Assembly: GCA_951813565.1 (NCBI GenBank)
Contig: OX638351.1
Span: forward strand, 256,001 to 320,000
DNA: 64,000 nucleotides
DNA from: an uncultured Poribacteria bacterium
GTDB lineage: Bacteria > Poribacteria > WGA-4E > WGA-3G
Direction: 5' to 3'
Shown here: piece after piece, positions 49,816-59,941 of the stretch
How the letters are laid out: each line of letters begins with the position of its first letter
Numbering within the stretch: the first letter of the stretch is position 1
Notes under the pieces: generated by a model
Databases searched by the model: none
What the model was told of the DNA's origin: nothing
The model's input: the letters and a program-made list of their open reading frames with translations, nothing else
Made by a program: the position numbers and the translations under genes

Positions 49816-50103
49816 ATGGCTGTAATAGTTCGTATTCCAACCCCGCTGAGACGGTTAACACAGAATCTCGCGGAGGTTGAAACTGAAGGCACAAATATTG
49901 AAACCATCATCGAAAATTTGGAATCAGACTATCCTGGGATGAAAGAACGTCTTTGCGATGAGGGCGGGAACATCCGTCGGTTTGTAAATATCTATCTCAA
50001 TGACGAAGATATTCGTTTTCTTGATGGAAAAGCAACACCTGTCACTGATGGTGCTGAAATATCAATTATTCCCGCTATTGCTGGCGGCACACTATTTTCC
50101 TAA
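49816..50103 (+). CDS. MoaD/ThiS/CysO-type sulfur carrier with C-terminal extension (GG-TLFS)
   Basis: VRIPTPLR, RRFVNIYLNDEDIRFL, IIPAIAGG; ATG 49816 after AAGGAG. Confidence 0.92.
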   Translation: MAVIVRIPTPLRRLTQNLAEVETEGTNIETIIENLESDYPGMKERLCDEGGNIRRFVNIYLNDEDIRFLDGKATPVTDGAEISIIPAIAGGTLFS

Positions 50104-50176
50104 AATGGCATTTCGTGTAGGGCGGATATCCCATCCGCCCGCATACGATTCGCATATTTAATTCTTAATAAATGAT

Positions 50177-50890
50177 ATGGTAACGCTACTACCGAAAACC
50201 TTCAATGAGATATGTGCACATGCAAAGGCACAATTTCCTGAGGAATGTTGTGGTGTAATTTTGCAGGCAGATACACAAGAGTTTGTGAGACCGTGCCGAA
50301 ATATCCAAAACGAAATGCATAGGGATGACCCTACCGCATATCCGCGTGATGCACGCACAGCTTACATAATGCATCCTGATGACCTAATTTCTGTGCATAA
50401 AGAGGTAGAAACACAGCATCGTCCGATTAAAGCGTTTTATCATTCGCATCCGAACCATGAGGCATACTTCTCTGAAAAAGACAAATCGGACGCGATGGTA
50501 TGGGGTGAACCTGCATATCCAGGAGTGGTATATCTCGTCATCTCAATATACGAAGACACAATCCGCATTGTCAAGGCTTATGCTTGGGATGAAGTTAAAT
50601 CTGATTTTATTGAAGTTGTGGTTCAAAAGACTCCATCAGGAGCGATGCAAACAGCCTCTTTAAAGGTACGTCTAACCTTTCCACCTGAAAAAATCACTGA
50701 ACCTATAATTTATTACATTGGACAACAATTCCGTGTGGTCACCAATATCCGCCGCGCTAACGTAACTGAAGAATCGGGTTGGGTCATGTTAGAAATGAGA
50801 GGTGCTTCAGATGAAATTGAACGCGCTATTGATTACCTAAAAAACATCAAAGTCCAAGTTGAACCTGTTGAAGGTGATGTTGTCCAATAA
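50177..50890 (+). CDS. JAMM/MPN (Mec-like) metalloprotease fused to a NIL domain
   Basis: PEECCG, YHSHPNHEAYFSEKD; C-terminal VRLTFP..EPIIY..TNIRRANV..GWVMLE. Confidence 0.88.
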   Translation: MVTLLPKTFNEICAHAKAQFPEECCGVILQADTQEFVRPCRNIQNEMHRDDPTAYPRDARTAYIMHPDDLISVHKEVETQHRPIKAFYHSHPNHEAYFSEKDKSDAMVWGEPAYPGVVYLVISIYEDTIRIVKAYAWDEVKSDFIEVVVQKTPSGAMQTASLKVRLTFPPEKITEPIIYYIGQQFRVVTNIRRANVTEESGWVMLEMRGASDEIERAIDYLKNIKVQVEPVEGDVVQ

Positions 50891-50938
50891 ATCATCATAC
50901 CTAATTTTCCAAGTTCTGTTATAATCAGCCAAAATTCA

Positions 50939-51206
50939 CAGGGTTATTTAGTTTTCGATTTTTCGGCTATATTTTTCACATTTTAATATAGACTAATACG
51001 TATGCAAAGTAATAGGCACACGCCGTGGGTTTCCGTCCACCCAAAATGTAAAGCGGACGGCACGCGGCGCGTGCCTACTACCATGTCTAAATCAACGTCA
51101 AGTGCGCTTTTTGGCATTTGTCGCGTTTCGCAAACTCTACCCGACGGACGATATAAACTATCAGTAACACGCATTAACTGATAATTCTTAAAACTAAATA
51201 ACCCTG
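50939..51206. mobile_element. ISAs1-like MITE with REP and micro-insertion cargo
   Basis: 17-bp TIR cagggttatttagtttt / aaaactaaataaccctg; 9-bp target duplication caaaattca (50930-50938, 51207-51215). Confidence 0.85.
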
Positions 51207-51292
51207 CAAAATTCACTTTTTTCTTGAATTTAATATGGAAATAAGCCATAATTAAGGTTGAATCAAAAACACTACCATTATGGGAGCGGATA

Positions 51293-51913
51293 TTGAAAAA
51301 TAGGTTGAGTGTAATCCAATTTTTATTGTGTACTATCATAATCAGCAGTTTCATTGGGTGTGATTCTCCAAACGCCAAGAAGCAACCTTACGAAACACTC
51401 GTTTTTGATGTTGATGAAACCCTGCTTGAGCCTGTATTAATGGATACTTTACTCAAGATCAAGATAGCCTCACCTAAAAATTGGAAAAAGATTGACAATT
51501 CAATGTTTGCACAAGTCATCAACAAATTGGATACCCGACTCACGGAGGACATAAAGCTGGTGCCGCAATTGATATTTTTGAATGAAGGTTCGCGGGCACT
51601 GTGTGTCGTGTCAAAGTTAGATGGTGTAGATATTGCGCCAAACGAAACTTTATTAAAAACGCTAACAACTGCTTACCGAGAGCGTTTTCCAAACGCTACA
51701 GTTGAGCAAACTATTTTTATGAAAGATGCTTTTCGCATCCACCAAGTGATGGTCGTTGCTGCCGATTTTGTACTTATCAAACTGATATGCGATGCACCCG
51801 AAACACTTGTTTTTGAGGTTGACTACCGTATTCCCAGAGATGTTTACCAAATTGAACTGAAAGCGATTGAATCATCAATTGGATCTATCAATCTGATCAA
51901 TAACAGTCGGTAG
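51293..51913 (+). CDS. Hypothetical lipoprotein
   Basis: Signal peptide with lipobox FIGC. Confidence 0.75.
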   Translation: MKNRLSVIQFLLCTIIISSFIGCDSPNAKKQPYETLVFDVDETLLEPVLMDTLLKIKIASPKNWKKIDNSMFAQVINKLDTRLTEDIKLVPQLIFLNEGSRALCVVSKLDGVDIAPNETLLKTLTTAYRERFPNATVEQTIFMKDAFRIHQVMVVAADFVLIKLICDAPETLVFEVDYRIPRDVYQIELKAIESSIGSINLINNSR

Positions 51914-51950
51914 ATGTGCTTTGGAAGTCCGTCACCGAAAGGAGATATTT

Positions 51951-52244
51951 ATGTTCACAAAAGTTTCTGCTGTCCTACTTATCGTAGGAATCTTATTTGT
52001 TATTGGCTGTGCCGCACATGTCCACCAAGTTGGGAACGGTGCACAAGGCAATCAAACTATGGAAGCGCGCCAATGGTATGTCTTGTGGGGTTTAGTACCT
52101 ATCAACGATGTCGACACAAATATGATGGCGGGCCAAACAACCGATTATGAAATCACGACTTCAATCACGCCAATTGATTTCATCATTAGTGCAATTGTAG
52201 GTTCTATATCAGTCAATTGTCGAACGGTAACCGTTCGGAAATAA
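51951..52244 (+). CDS. Bor/Iss-like small lipoprotein
   Basis: Lipobox VIGC, QWYVLWGLVP, terminal RTVTV; ATG after AAGGAG. Confidence 0.7.
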   Translation: MFTKVSAVLLIVGILFVIGCAAHVHQVGNGAQGNQTMEARQWYVLWGLVPINDVDTNMMAGQTTDYEITTSITPIDFIISAIVGSISVNCRTVTVRK

Positions 52245-52266
52245 CCGATAACAGCTTTTAAAATGT

Positions 52267-54660
52267 TTGGGCAAATCAAATATCACTTTCATTTTGATGT
52301 TTGCTTTGCCCTTTGTTATAGCTATCTACTCACAAGAGAAATTGATGTCCATCTTGCAAACAGGACGTTTCCGCTCCCTCCAAAGATTACTACCAGACTT
52401 TAACGTAAGTTACAGTATTCATCTCCGTCCTTACGTGTGCCTTATTGTGATTTCAGCATTCTCGCTCGCAATTGGATTAGGCATAGCACTTCAGAACTAT
52501 CTCGTATTTGAATTTCATGACAATTCGGGTGTAGTTGGTCGGATAAGTGTTGATCAATACCCCAAACAACAAGAATTTTTCTACTACCTACTTGCACTTG
52601 TAGGAATCCCCGCCACTATTTGGCTTTATTGGTTCGGGTGGCTTACTTACTCACAATGGGCAGCCCAAGCAACTAATCAATCGATACACCGCGTGCTGAA
52701 ACTGAACGCGCTTGCTTCAGTGCCTTTGTGGTTGAGTTGGCTACAGATTTATAATTTTGATCAAGCTGGATTTTTGGGATTAACACTTCCAATCGGTTTA
52801 ACATTCCTATTTAAGTTAGTTCTATTCAGTCTCAGGTTTCAACCTATTGAAGGGAAAGAGGATACTATTTCATCAGAACCCCTTACTTTTCAAAGTGGTA
52901 AGATCTTTACAATGCCAAGAAGTGTGCATGTTTTGTTCCGTGGGTGTGAATATATTCTCCTGCCGTTATTTATTTACTTGCTTATATATAATGGCAATAT
53001 CAATGGTGGCATTGATATGTTCCATGAAGGTGAACGGTTAGCACCACTGAATGAGATGCGCCATGGTGGCGTAGTATTCCGTGATATTTATGTGCAACAT
53101 GGTCTCTTTCAGAATGCGTATTTAGCATGGTTCGGCAGTAAAATCTTTGAACCGACACTGATGGGGGTACGCGCTATGGAACGTGTCTTGGGACCACTCG
53201 GTTACATAGCACTATATCTGCTCGGTTTGCAAGTATTTCGAGGACGCTTTTTAACAGCCTTCTTATGTTTCCTAATTGCTTCTGGGAACAACTTTTCTGT
53301 TTCCCCAAGACACAGCCTTGGTTTACTCAGTTTTGCTTGTATTGCAAATTATCTAACATACAATCACGAGAAAGGATTTTTTGTGCCTTGGCAACGCAAT
53401 TTGTCTGAAAGACCTACATGGATATTTTTCCTCCTTAGGTTCGGTTGGAAACTTATTCTGGCAGGATTTTTTACCAGTTTAGCGTTCTGGTATAGTACTG
53501 AAGTTGGCTTGTATACACTCGGTGCAATCGGTCTTTTTCTGACAATTTACAGCGGACAACGGAGAATTCAACTACACCTACGACCTTTACCGTTGGGCGC
53601 TTATTGTTGTGGACTTCTGTTGGGCTTTCTTCCAGTGGCTATCTATTTTCTGTCTCACGGTGCGCTGGACGATGCAATCTGGAATTCGTATATTCAGTGT
53701 AAATATCAGCTTGCCACGTGGGGACTAAAATTTCCATCCTTATCTGGGACGCTTGCTATTTTATCAGAACAAGGATGGCAGGCGTTTTTCCTCAGCACAG
53801 GATTTCGATGGTATCTTCCGATCTGTGTCTTTGTGGTTACAGCGGCATATCTTACCTACCAACGGTTATGCAGAACTAATGTTTCCGTAGAAGACGCGTT
53901 GAAACTTCTGCTGCTGTTACTTGGCGGAATTGCATTTTTCCGAACTGCACTCGGTAGATCGGATGGTGGACATCTGAATTTCGGTGCTACCTTCTTATGG
54001 CTTCTCTGCCTGTTTCCAATAGACAGAGGTATATCTGGATTGTTAAACAACCTTTTTGGAGGAGAATCTGGCGAAAATCTCCGCTCCCGTCTCTCTTTAC
54101 TGAAAGATAGGGCACGCTGGCAATCTGTACTGAAAGCGGCATGGATACTTATTCCAATAGCGATGTTTGTTTGGTATGTTGGCGAAGTGCACCAACCTCT
54201 TACAAATTTTTCAGGTAAATGGGAGCGATTGCGTCAGAATCCGTTTAAGCGTAATCTTGCCGCTGCGGAGTTAGAGCGGGCAGGACAGATGGACATCCCA
54301 GATGATCAGGTTGAGCAGATCCAAAAAGTTGTGGCTTATATACAAGAAAATACTGCCCCGAATGAAAAGATTTTTGATTTTACAAGTCAAGGAGCATATT
54401 TTTTCTTTGCAAATCGGCCGAGTGTCACCCGATTTCATATGGTGTCGTATGCCTCAACACCTGGGATGCAGCAGGAGGTTGTCTCTGCGCTTGAACGCGA
54501 TCAGACGCGTTTGGTTATTTTCAAAACAGGGGGTTGGTTTGATAATGTTGACGGTATCCCTGTGGAGGAACGCCATCCGCTTATTTCAGAATACTTGGAA
54601 AAGCACTACGAACTCGCGATTAACATAAATGCTACAGAAATTTTATTGCGAAAAATGTAG
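52267..54660 (+). CDS. Polytopic membrane protein, possible GT-C-type glycosyltransferase
   Basis: Many TM segments; DMFHEG, RDIYVQHG, YFFFANRPS. Confidence 0.6.
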   Translation: MGKSNITFILMFALPFVIAIYSQEKLMSILQTGRFRSLQRLLPDFNVSYSIHLRPYVCLIVISAFSLAIGLGIALQNYLVFEFHDNSGVVGRISVDQYPKQQEFFYYLLALVGIPATIWLYWFGWLTYSQWAAQATNQSIHRVLKLNALASVPLWLSWLQIYNFDQAGFLGLTLPIGLTFLFKLVLFSLRFQPIEGKEDTISSEPLTFQSGKIFTMPRSVHVLFRGCEYILLPLFIYLLIYNGNINGGIDMFHEGERLAPLNEMRHGGVVFRDIYVQHGLFQNAYLAWFGSKIFEPTLMGVRAMERVLGPLGYIALYLLGLQVFRGRFLTAFLCFLIASGNNFSVSPRHSLGLLSFACIANYLTYNHEKGFFVPWQRNLSERPTWIFFLLRFGWKLILAGFFTSLAFWYSTEVGLYTLGAIGLFLTIYSGQRRIQLHLRPLPLGAYCCGLLLGFLPVAIYFLSHGALDDAIWNSYIQCKYQLATWGLKFPSLSGTLAILSEQGWQAFFLSTGFRWYLPICVFVVTAAYLTYQRLCRTNVSVEDALKLLLLLLGGIAFFRTALGRSDGGHLNFGATFLWLLCLFPIDRGISGLLNNLFGGESGENLRSRLSLLKDRARWQSVLKAAWILIPIAMFVWYVGEVHQPLTNFSGKWERLRQNPFKRNLAAAELERAGQMDIPDDQVEQIQKVVAYIQENTAPNEKIFDFTSQGAYFFFANRPSVTRFHMVSYASTPGMQQEVVSALERDQTRLVIFKTGGWFDNVDGIPVEERHPLISEYLEKHYELAININATEILLRKM

Positions 54661-54987
54661 GCGGACTAAGTTTTATAAATTCGAGTTTGTTAACAAGTCT
54701 ACAAGTCACTGATCAGCATAGACGGCTATATCAGGAGCACTTTACAACTCCGAAGACCCAATCCTACAGGTTTTCGACTCTTTTTTTGTCCAAATTCTTC
54801 AAATTCACGAATTTCCATATTTTTGAATTTATACTTGATTTTTTTTTGCAATATTGTATCATTATTGCAAATAGTAGATAAATGGACACAGTGGTCCCAT
54901 TTTTCGCGCGATTTAGATTATCAATCCTCTATCTTTTTCAACAGACACACCATGCCAGTTTGTGTCATAAACAAAAGGAGGTATAAG

Positions 54988-55734
54988 GTGTTCAACAAAT
55001 GGATTTTTGGCGGCATTTGCTTCCTGATAGTGTTCGTTGTTGCGTGCGTGTTGTGGTATCAGTGGACCACTGCTCCCTATAGACAGGAAGCAGCCGATGC
55101 TGAAAAGCTGCTACGCCAATGGGAACTTTCTCAAGAAACCGATACAGGCAGCGAGGTGGAACAGGTAACCGATACCCCTGCGGAAAGCAGCGCGCAATCC
55201 GTAGAGAAACCTATAACCAAAACACCTACCGTAGTTTTAGAATCGGATGCAAACATAGGTGAGACAGCATACCTTGTTTCCGATTCCATGCAGAAAGTGA
55301 AAGTCGTTGAGAAGAGGCGTGTTTCTCCTCACGGCTTCGGTCCTTATCCTGAAGTGCCATCCAGTTTTGTTGAAGCTCTTGGTATACCTATTTGGCAGCA
55401 GGATGAGGAAAAATATTTCAAATCTACTATGAAAAGTCGACGTAACTTTGAACTTATGCATCGAGTTCTCATCAAACTATGGAACGAAGGAGATCAAGAT
55501 GTTTTAGGTGCTACTTTTGAGAACGGTAAGGTTTATCCTACCTATAGAGATGTCATATATTTAACGGAAAAAATAGAAACAGGGCCGGATGGCATTATCC
55601 GGGTGCATAGATCCGGACTTTCGGGGCAACCTGTTCAACTTTTTCCCGTAAAAGTCATTCCTGAAGGAATGCGTATCATAGACAGAGAAACTGGAGGGAT
55701 TGATCCCTATCAGTTTCTAAATCTGAACCAATGA
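54988..55734 (+). CDS. Hypothetical membrane-anchored protein
   Basis: GTG after AGGAGG; N-terminal TM; SPHGFGPYPEVP, GIDPYQFL. Confidence 0.75.
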   Translation: MFNKWIFGGICFLIVFVVACVLWYQWTTAPYRQEAADAEKLLRQWELSQETDTGSEVEQVTDTPAESSAQSVEKPITKTPTVVLESDANIGETAYLVSDSMQKVKVVEKRRVSPHGFGPYPEVPSSFVEALGIPIWQQDEEKYFKSTMKSRRNFELMHRVLIKLWNEGDQDVLGATFENGKVYPTYRDVIYLTEKIETGPDGIIRVHRSGLSGQPVQLFPVKVIPEGMRIIDRETGGIDPYQFLNLNQ

Positions 55735-55744
55735 GGAGCATACA

Positions 55745-55845
55745 ATGCAAAAGAAAGTTGTTTTTTTACTCGCTTCTATTTTCGTAGTTTTTTTTACAAT
55801 AGGGGTTGCATATAAGGTGCATTCACATCATGTTGTCACTGCAAT
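55745..55845 (+). pseudogene. 5' stub of an exported protein truncated by an IS982 fragment
   Basis: GAGGAG plus ATG, signal/TM MQKKVVFLLASIFVVFF, then abrupt junction to IS982 sequence. Confidence 0.65.
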
Positions 55846-56067
55846 AACGGATGCTCATTGAGTCGGTGAATAAAGAACTCAAAACTCAGACAGAAATACA
55901 ACACACACGGCATAGAAGTCCTGTTAACTTTCAAGTGAACACAGTTGCTGCCTTGATCGCTTATACCTGTCTGACGAAGAAACCTTCACTCAAACACAAA
56001 GAACTCCAGGAAAATGACTATCAGTTGCCAATGATATGTAACTTCTAATTATTTATCAAACTCACGT
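55846..56067 (+). mobile_element. 3' fragment of IS982 with right TIR
   Basis: Near-identical to 7636-7857. Confidence 0.92.
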
Positions 56068-56096
56068 TGTCCATAGCAACTTTAGTTAAAATACCA

Positions 56097-56579
56097 TCAT
56101 GTTAACGGCTCATCATCAATATCCATGCCTAATTGTTTAGCAAGTGCTTTCTGAATTTGGTTGAGTTGCGCACCAATTCTACGTTCAATTCCATCAACCC
56201 GTTCTTCAATTCTATCAACTCTTTCGTTGAAAACACTAACATCTTTCTGTAGCAAACCGAATTTCGCGTTCATCTCACTGAGTTGTGTTTCGAATTTCGC
56301 GTTCATTTCACTGAGTTGCGTTTTAATTTGAAGGGTTAAAACGAAGATAGAGATAAAGGACGCTGCGAGCAAACCAACAACCCACATAATGAGCGTATCC
56401 AAACGACCGTCTATCCTACTCACATTGCTTTCTATTCTGCTAATGCGTTGGTCCATCTGCTCCAAAGTTACTTCAATGCGTGTAAGGCGCGTTTCCTGAT
56501 TATCAGCATCTTTTTGCGTCATCCCGACTGGTGACAGAATCAAAAAAAGAAACAAGCATAGCAATAATTTACGTTTCAT
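56097..56579 (-). CDS. Coiled-coil membrane protein
   Basis: Signal peptide, heptads, central TM, duplicated TQLSEMNAKF. Confidence 0.7.
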   Translation of the reverse strand: MKRKLLLCLFLFLILSPVGMTQKDADNQETRLTRIEVTLEQMDQRISRIESNVSRIDGRLDTLIMWVVGLLAASFISIFVLTLQIKTQLSEMNAKFETQLSEMNAKFGLLQKDVSVFNERVDRIEERVDGIERRIGAQLNQIQKALAKQLGMDIDDEPLT

Positions 56580-56802
56580 GATAGGAACGCCTCCAAAGTG
56601 CATCTCACTGTAATTTTCCTGAACAAGATTAAGTATATCTACTGCAAAGTCAAAATGCAAGATTTTTTACAACTACGACAAGTTTATTTTTAGCGGATTC
56701 TACAATTAACTGGACATCTGAGCTGTCCGAGGGAACTCCGATTCCCGACTAACAGTGGTTTCATCGCGATTCGGAGATCGCTCCTACAGAATATATGTGA
56801 AC

Positions 56803-57888
56803 TTATTTACATAATTTACTATAATCCTCTTGTTGTGCAACGAAGACGCGATAGATGTCTTCAAACAATCTTACATCCGTTAGCGTATCTTCAGCAGAAG
56901 AGCGGAACGGCTCAGGATTACGAAGGTTTTTAACAAAATATTCCGCTTCTCTGTGATATGCCCATGTCCAAGAAGGTCTCGGAATAGGTCGTGTTATCTC
57001 CTGCTCTTCGCCGGCGCGGTATATTTCAACCTCTGCAGGTGTGTTCTTCAGCAATAGTGGCGGTGCCCATGTGTGAATCCAGCCGTGTTGAAAATAAATC
57101 TGTGAATGCTCATCCCAACGGTAATGGGAAACATGTCCTGTTTCCAGCGTTACTCGTGTGCCAGCCATATCAAAAATTACAACACCTGTATACCCGTTTT
57201 CATTCAAATCAACTGCTTTAACGGTAACGTTATCACCAGCATCAAGAAACCACCGCATTAGATTGATATTGTGTGTATACTGCTGAAGGTATCCGATGTA
57301 TCCACCCCACCATTTTTCCGGAAGCCAATCAGGGAATTTCTGCGGTGCGCTCGGTTTCGGTTCGTCTGTACTGTCCATAGGAGTATCAAGATTACACACC
57401 CAGTCACCACCAAAACCGTGATTGCGGGCATAAGTCAACCGTCCAAGTTCATCCGTTTCACGAAATTGCATTATCTTCGCCTTGACAATTTCGTTGCCAG
57501 CATCGTAGCGTTTCATGTAGCCTACCATCAATTTCTTGCCAGATTCCTTTGAAGCATCTACTATCGCTTGTGCTTGTTCAACTGATACAGCCATCGGTTT
57601 TTCCATGAAGACGTGCTTTCCTGCATGCAGAAGGTCTATCGCAATCTCACCCTGTAAAGCAAAATCGGCGGATACTGCGACCGCTTCAATATCGGTATTT
57701 TGGGCAAGTTCAGTGTGGTCTCTATAGAGATGCGGAATGCCGAATCGTTGTTGGACTTTTTTTCCAAGTTCAGTACGCACCTCTGCGAGTCCGACGATCT
57801 CACATTCTGGAATACTTGCAAAATTCGGAATATGCACCTTCTGTGCCATGAACCCGCAACCGATATAACCGATTTTAACTTTTTCCAT
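56803..57888 (-). CDS. Gfo/Idh/MocA oxidoreductase
   Basis: IGCGFMA, GKHVFMEKPMA, VGYMKRYD. Confidence 0.93.
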   Translation of the reverse strand: MEKVKIGYIGCGFMAQKVHIPNFASIPECEIVGLAEVRTELGKKVQQRFGIPHLYRDHTELAQNTDIEAVAVSADFALQGEIAIDLLHAGKHVFMEKPMAVSVEQAQAIVDASKESGKKLMVGYMKRYDAGNEIVKAKIMQFRETDELGRLTYARNHGFGGDWVCNLDTPMDSTDEPKPSAPQKFPDWLPEKWWGGYIGYLQQYTHNINLMRWFLDAGDNVTVKAVDLNENGYTGVVIFDMAGTRVTLETGHVSHYRWDEHSQIYFQHGWIHTWAPPLLLKNTPAEVEIYRAGEEQEITRPIPRPSWTWAYHREAEYFVKNLRNPEPFRSSAEDTLTDVRLFEDIYRVFVAQQEDYSKLCK

Positions 57889-58332
57889 CTATCGGTCCCC
57901 TTTATTTGCAAGCGATTCTATCTGTTCTACTGCTGTTTGTGCACCCTCCCGCACGAGTGCAGAGGAATCATTTTGTGCCAGTTGTTTGAGTTTGTTTAGG
58001 CAAAGTTTTGCCTCCAATTTGCCAAGTGCTACTGCTACGAAATAACGGACATCCGCGTCCTCATCATCAAGTGCTTCCAGCAATGTTTCCGTATCCGAAG
58101 GGGTGGCGAGGTGCCGTTCCACATCACCGATATTGATCAATGATTGTGCTGCAATGCGTCGAGAGTGGATATCACCATGACGTAAGGACGCAAGTAATTC
58201 GTCATTGCCGGTGCCAATCGTCTTAAGAGTATCCCAATCACAATCCAAGCAGAACCATGAATTCGCATCTAACTGCTGGACGTTCCTTTTACCGCACTTA
58301 GGGCATTCCCCATACCCTTGTTGTTGATTCAT
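57889..58332 (-). CDS. Zinc-ribbon plus HEAT-repeat protein
   Basis: CPKC..CLDC; ALDDEDADVRYFVAVALG, DSSALVREGA. Confidence 0.8.
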   Translation of the reverse strand: MNQQQGYGECPKCGKRNVQQLDANSWFCLDCDWDTLKTIGTGNDELLASLRHGDIHSRRIAAQSLINIGDVERHLATPSDTETLLEALDDEDADVRYFVAVALGKLEAKLCLNKLKQLAQNDSSALVREGAQTAVEQIESLANKGDR

Positions 58333-58703
58333 GATGGACCTATTGCCTCCATTTCTGGTAAATCTCGCCATATCTCTGGACCTTCTGGCTTGAAATTAAT
58401 TGTCGCAATGAACTGCATACCATGATAAAAGTTGATTTTAAACTTTCCGCCGCCAAAATTTTGTTTGAGATAATCTAAAGGTGCATCAATCAATGGACCC
58501 ATTTCGTCAGCATAGTAGAAAGCAAGTGGTTTGAACCTCACGGTGTTTCCTACAGGCTCCTGCACTAACAGTTGGGCGGAAGTAGCAGGAAAGAGCATTT
58601 GAAAAGCATCCCACAGGTCAGCGACAGTAGGATTCGGATTTCCGATTCGCTTTTTGAAATCATTCTCAAGATATTCAGAAAATGTATTAAAAACCCAGTC
58701 CAT
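58329..58703 (-). CDS. Hypothetical protein
   Basis: Open frame whose stop overlaps the next start (ATGA). Confidence 0.7.
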   Translation of the reverse strand: MDWVFNTFSEYLENDFKKRIGNPNPTVADLWDAFQMLFPATSAQLLVQEPVGNTVRFKPLAFYYADEMGPLIDAPLDYLKQNFGGGKFKINFYHGMQFIATINFKPEGPEIWRDLPEMEAIGPS

Positions 58704-58744
58704 GATTAGTGTCCTGTTCAAGTTACCGATGGAATTTCAAAGTG

Positions 58745-59317
58745 TCAATCCAAATTAACGCGTGTGTAGATGTCGCTCAGAGATAGTTTGCATCCGGTGG
58801 AAGGAAGTGATAGCGTGTCTTGAAGTTCGTGAAACGTTTTCAACTTCCACTCCGTATCTTGAAGCTGGTAATGTTCTACATGAACTTTGTCTTGTGATAC
58901 AAGGATATATTCTTTTAAGGATGCTATTTGTTTATAGTATTCAAATTTCTCACCTCTGTCGTAAGCCTCAGTTGAAGGTGAAAGCACCTCTATGATAAGA
59001 ACTGGGTTGAGAAGTGTGTCAAGGGTATCATCCTCAAATTCTGGTTCGCCGCAAAAAACGACTACATCTGGATAGAAATAGGAAATGATCGGAGTAGTCT
59101 TTACACGCATATCGTTGGTAACTACTTCACACTCCTGTCCTCTCAATTGAATGTTAAGTTCAGTGGCTATATCCAATGTGATGCGTGTATGCGATAGACT
59201 TGCTCCGGACATCGCGAGTATCTCTCCGCTGAGGTATTCGCTTTTGAGTGTCGCCTTGCGTTCCAAAGAGATATATTCCTCTGGTGTATAGAGTGTTTGT
59301 GCGCTAAGAGAAGACAT
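58745..59317 (-). CDS. Uma2 family endonuclease-like protein
   Basis: YTPEEY, AMSGAS..H, YPDV, IIEVLSPST..YDRGEKF. Confidence 0.93.
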   Translation of the reverse strand: MSSLSAQTLYTPEEYISLERKATLKSEYLSGEILAMSGASLSHTRITLDIATELNIQLRGQECEVVTNDMRVKTTPIISYFYPDVVVFCGEPEFEDDTLDTLLNPVLIIEVLSPSTEAYDRGEKFEYYKQIASLKEYILVSQDKVHVEHYQLQDTEWKLKTFHELQDTLSLPSTGCKLSLSDIYTRVNLD

Positions 59318-59518
59318 GCGTATCTCCTTGAATGTGGTTGTAGAAGAGTTTACAGTTATTAGACCATTTTATCCCACGTTGCTATTCAAACACTGTTCAA
59401 AATGTAAGAGGCGCAATAAATTGCGCGACTACAAACGCATCTATTATAACCCAGGAGCCTTCAAGAAGTCCTTCCAATCAAAATTTGGCAGAGGGAACTC
59501 CTCTGTGGCTTTACATTG

Positions 59519-59932
59519 TCAGAACGTGGCAGCATTTTCAAAGAACTCAATATCCACACGTTCAATTTGTGCGGAACGCGCATTCTCTGCCACACGTTGC
59601 ACAACCATCTCCCGCACAAATGGAATGGGAATGCGTTTTACGCGATGCACTACTTCTTCCGTACAAGGCACATTGGTATTGTCAAGAAAAGGACCGTCCT
59701 GTGCCGCTGCTTCTGCGGGATGATCGCAGGTCTCAGGTACAAGTTGCTGTAAACGCATTGAGACGTAATCGGTCACCCACTGTTGAAACTTTTCGGTGTT
59801 TTCAGATTCTGCAACATTGGATTGTGGTGTCTGTTCCAACTTTTCATTGATGCTGGTAAGCAGGTTTTCCAAACGTGCCAAACGGTCTTCAACACTCGTC
59901 AATCGTTCTTGAACGTTAGTTTGCTCGCTCAT
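59519..59932 (-). CDS. Coiled-coil protein with C-terminal PCP_red-like domain
   Basis: RVKRIPIPFVREMV..VAENAR resembles the tail of 60733-62037. Confidence 0.7.
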   Translation of the reverse strand: MSEQTNVQERLTSVEDRLARLENLLTSINEKLEQTPQSNVAESENTEKFQQWVTDYVSMRLQQLVPETCDHPAEAAAQDGPFLDNTNVPCTEEVVHRVKRIPIPFVREMVVQRVAENARSAQIERVDIEFFENAATF

Positions 59933-59941
59933 GTTTCCTCC

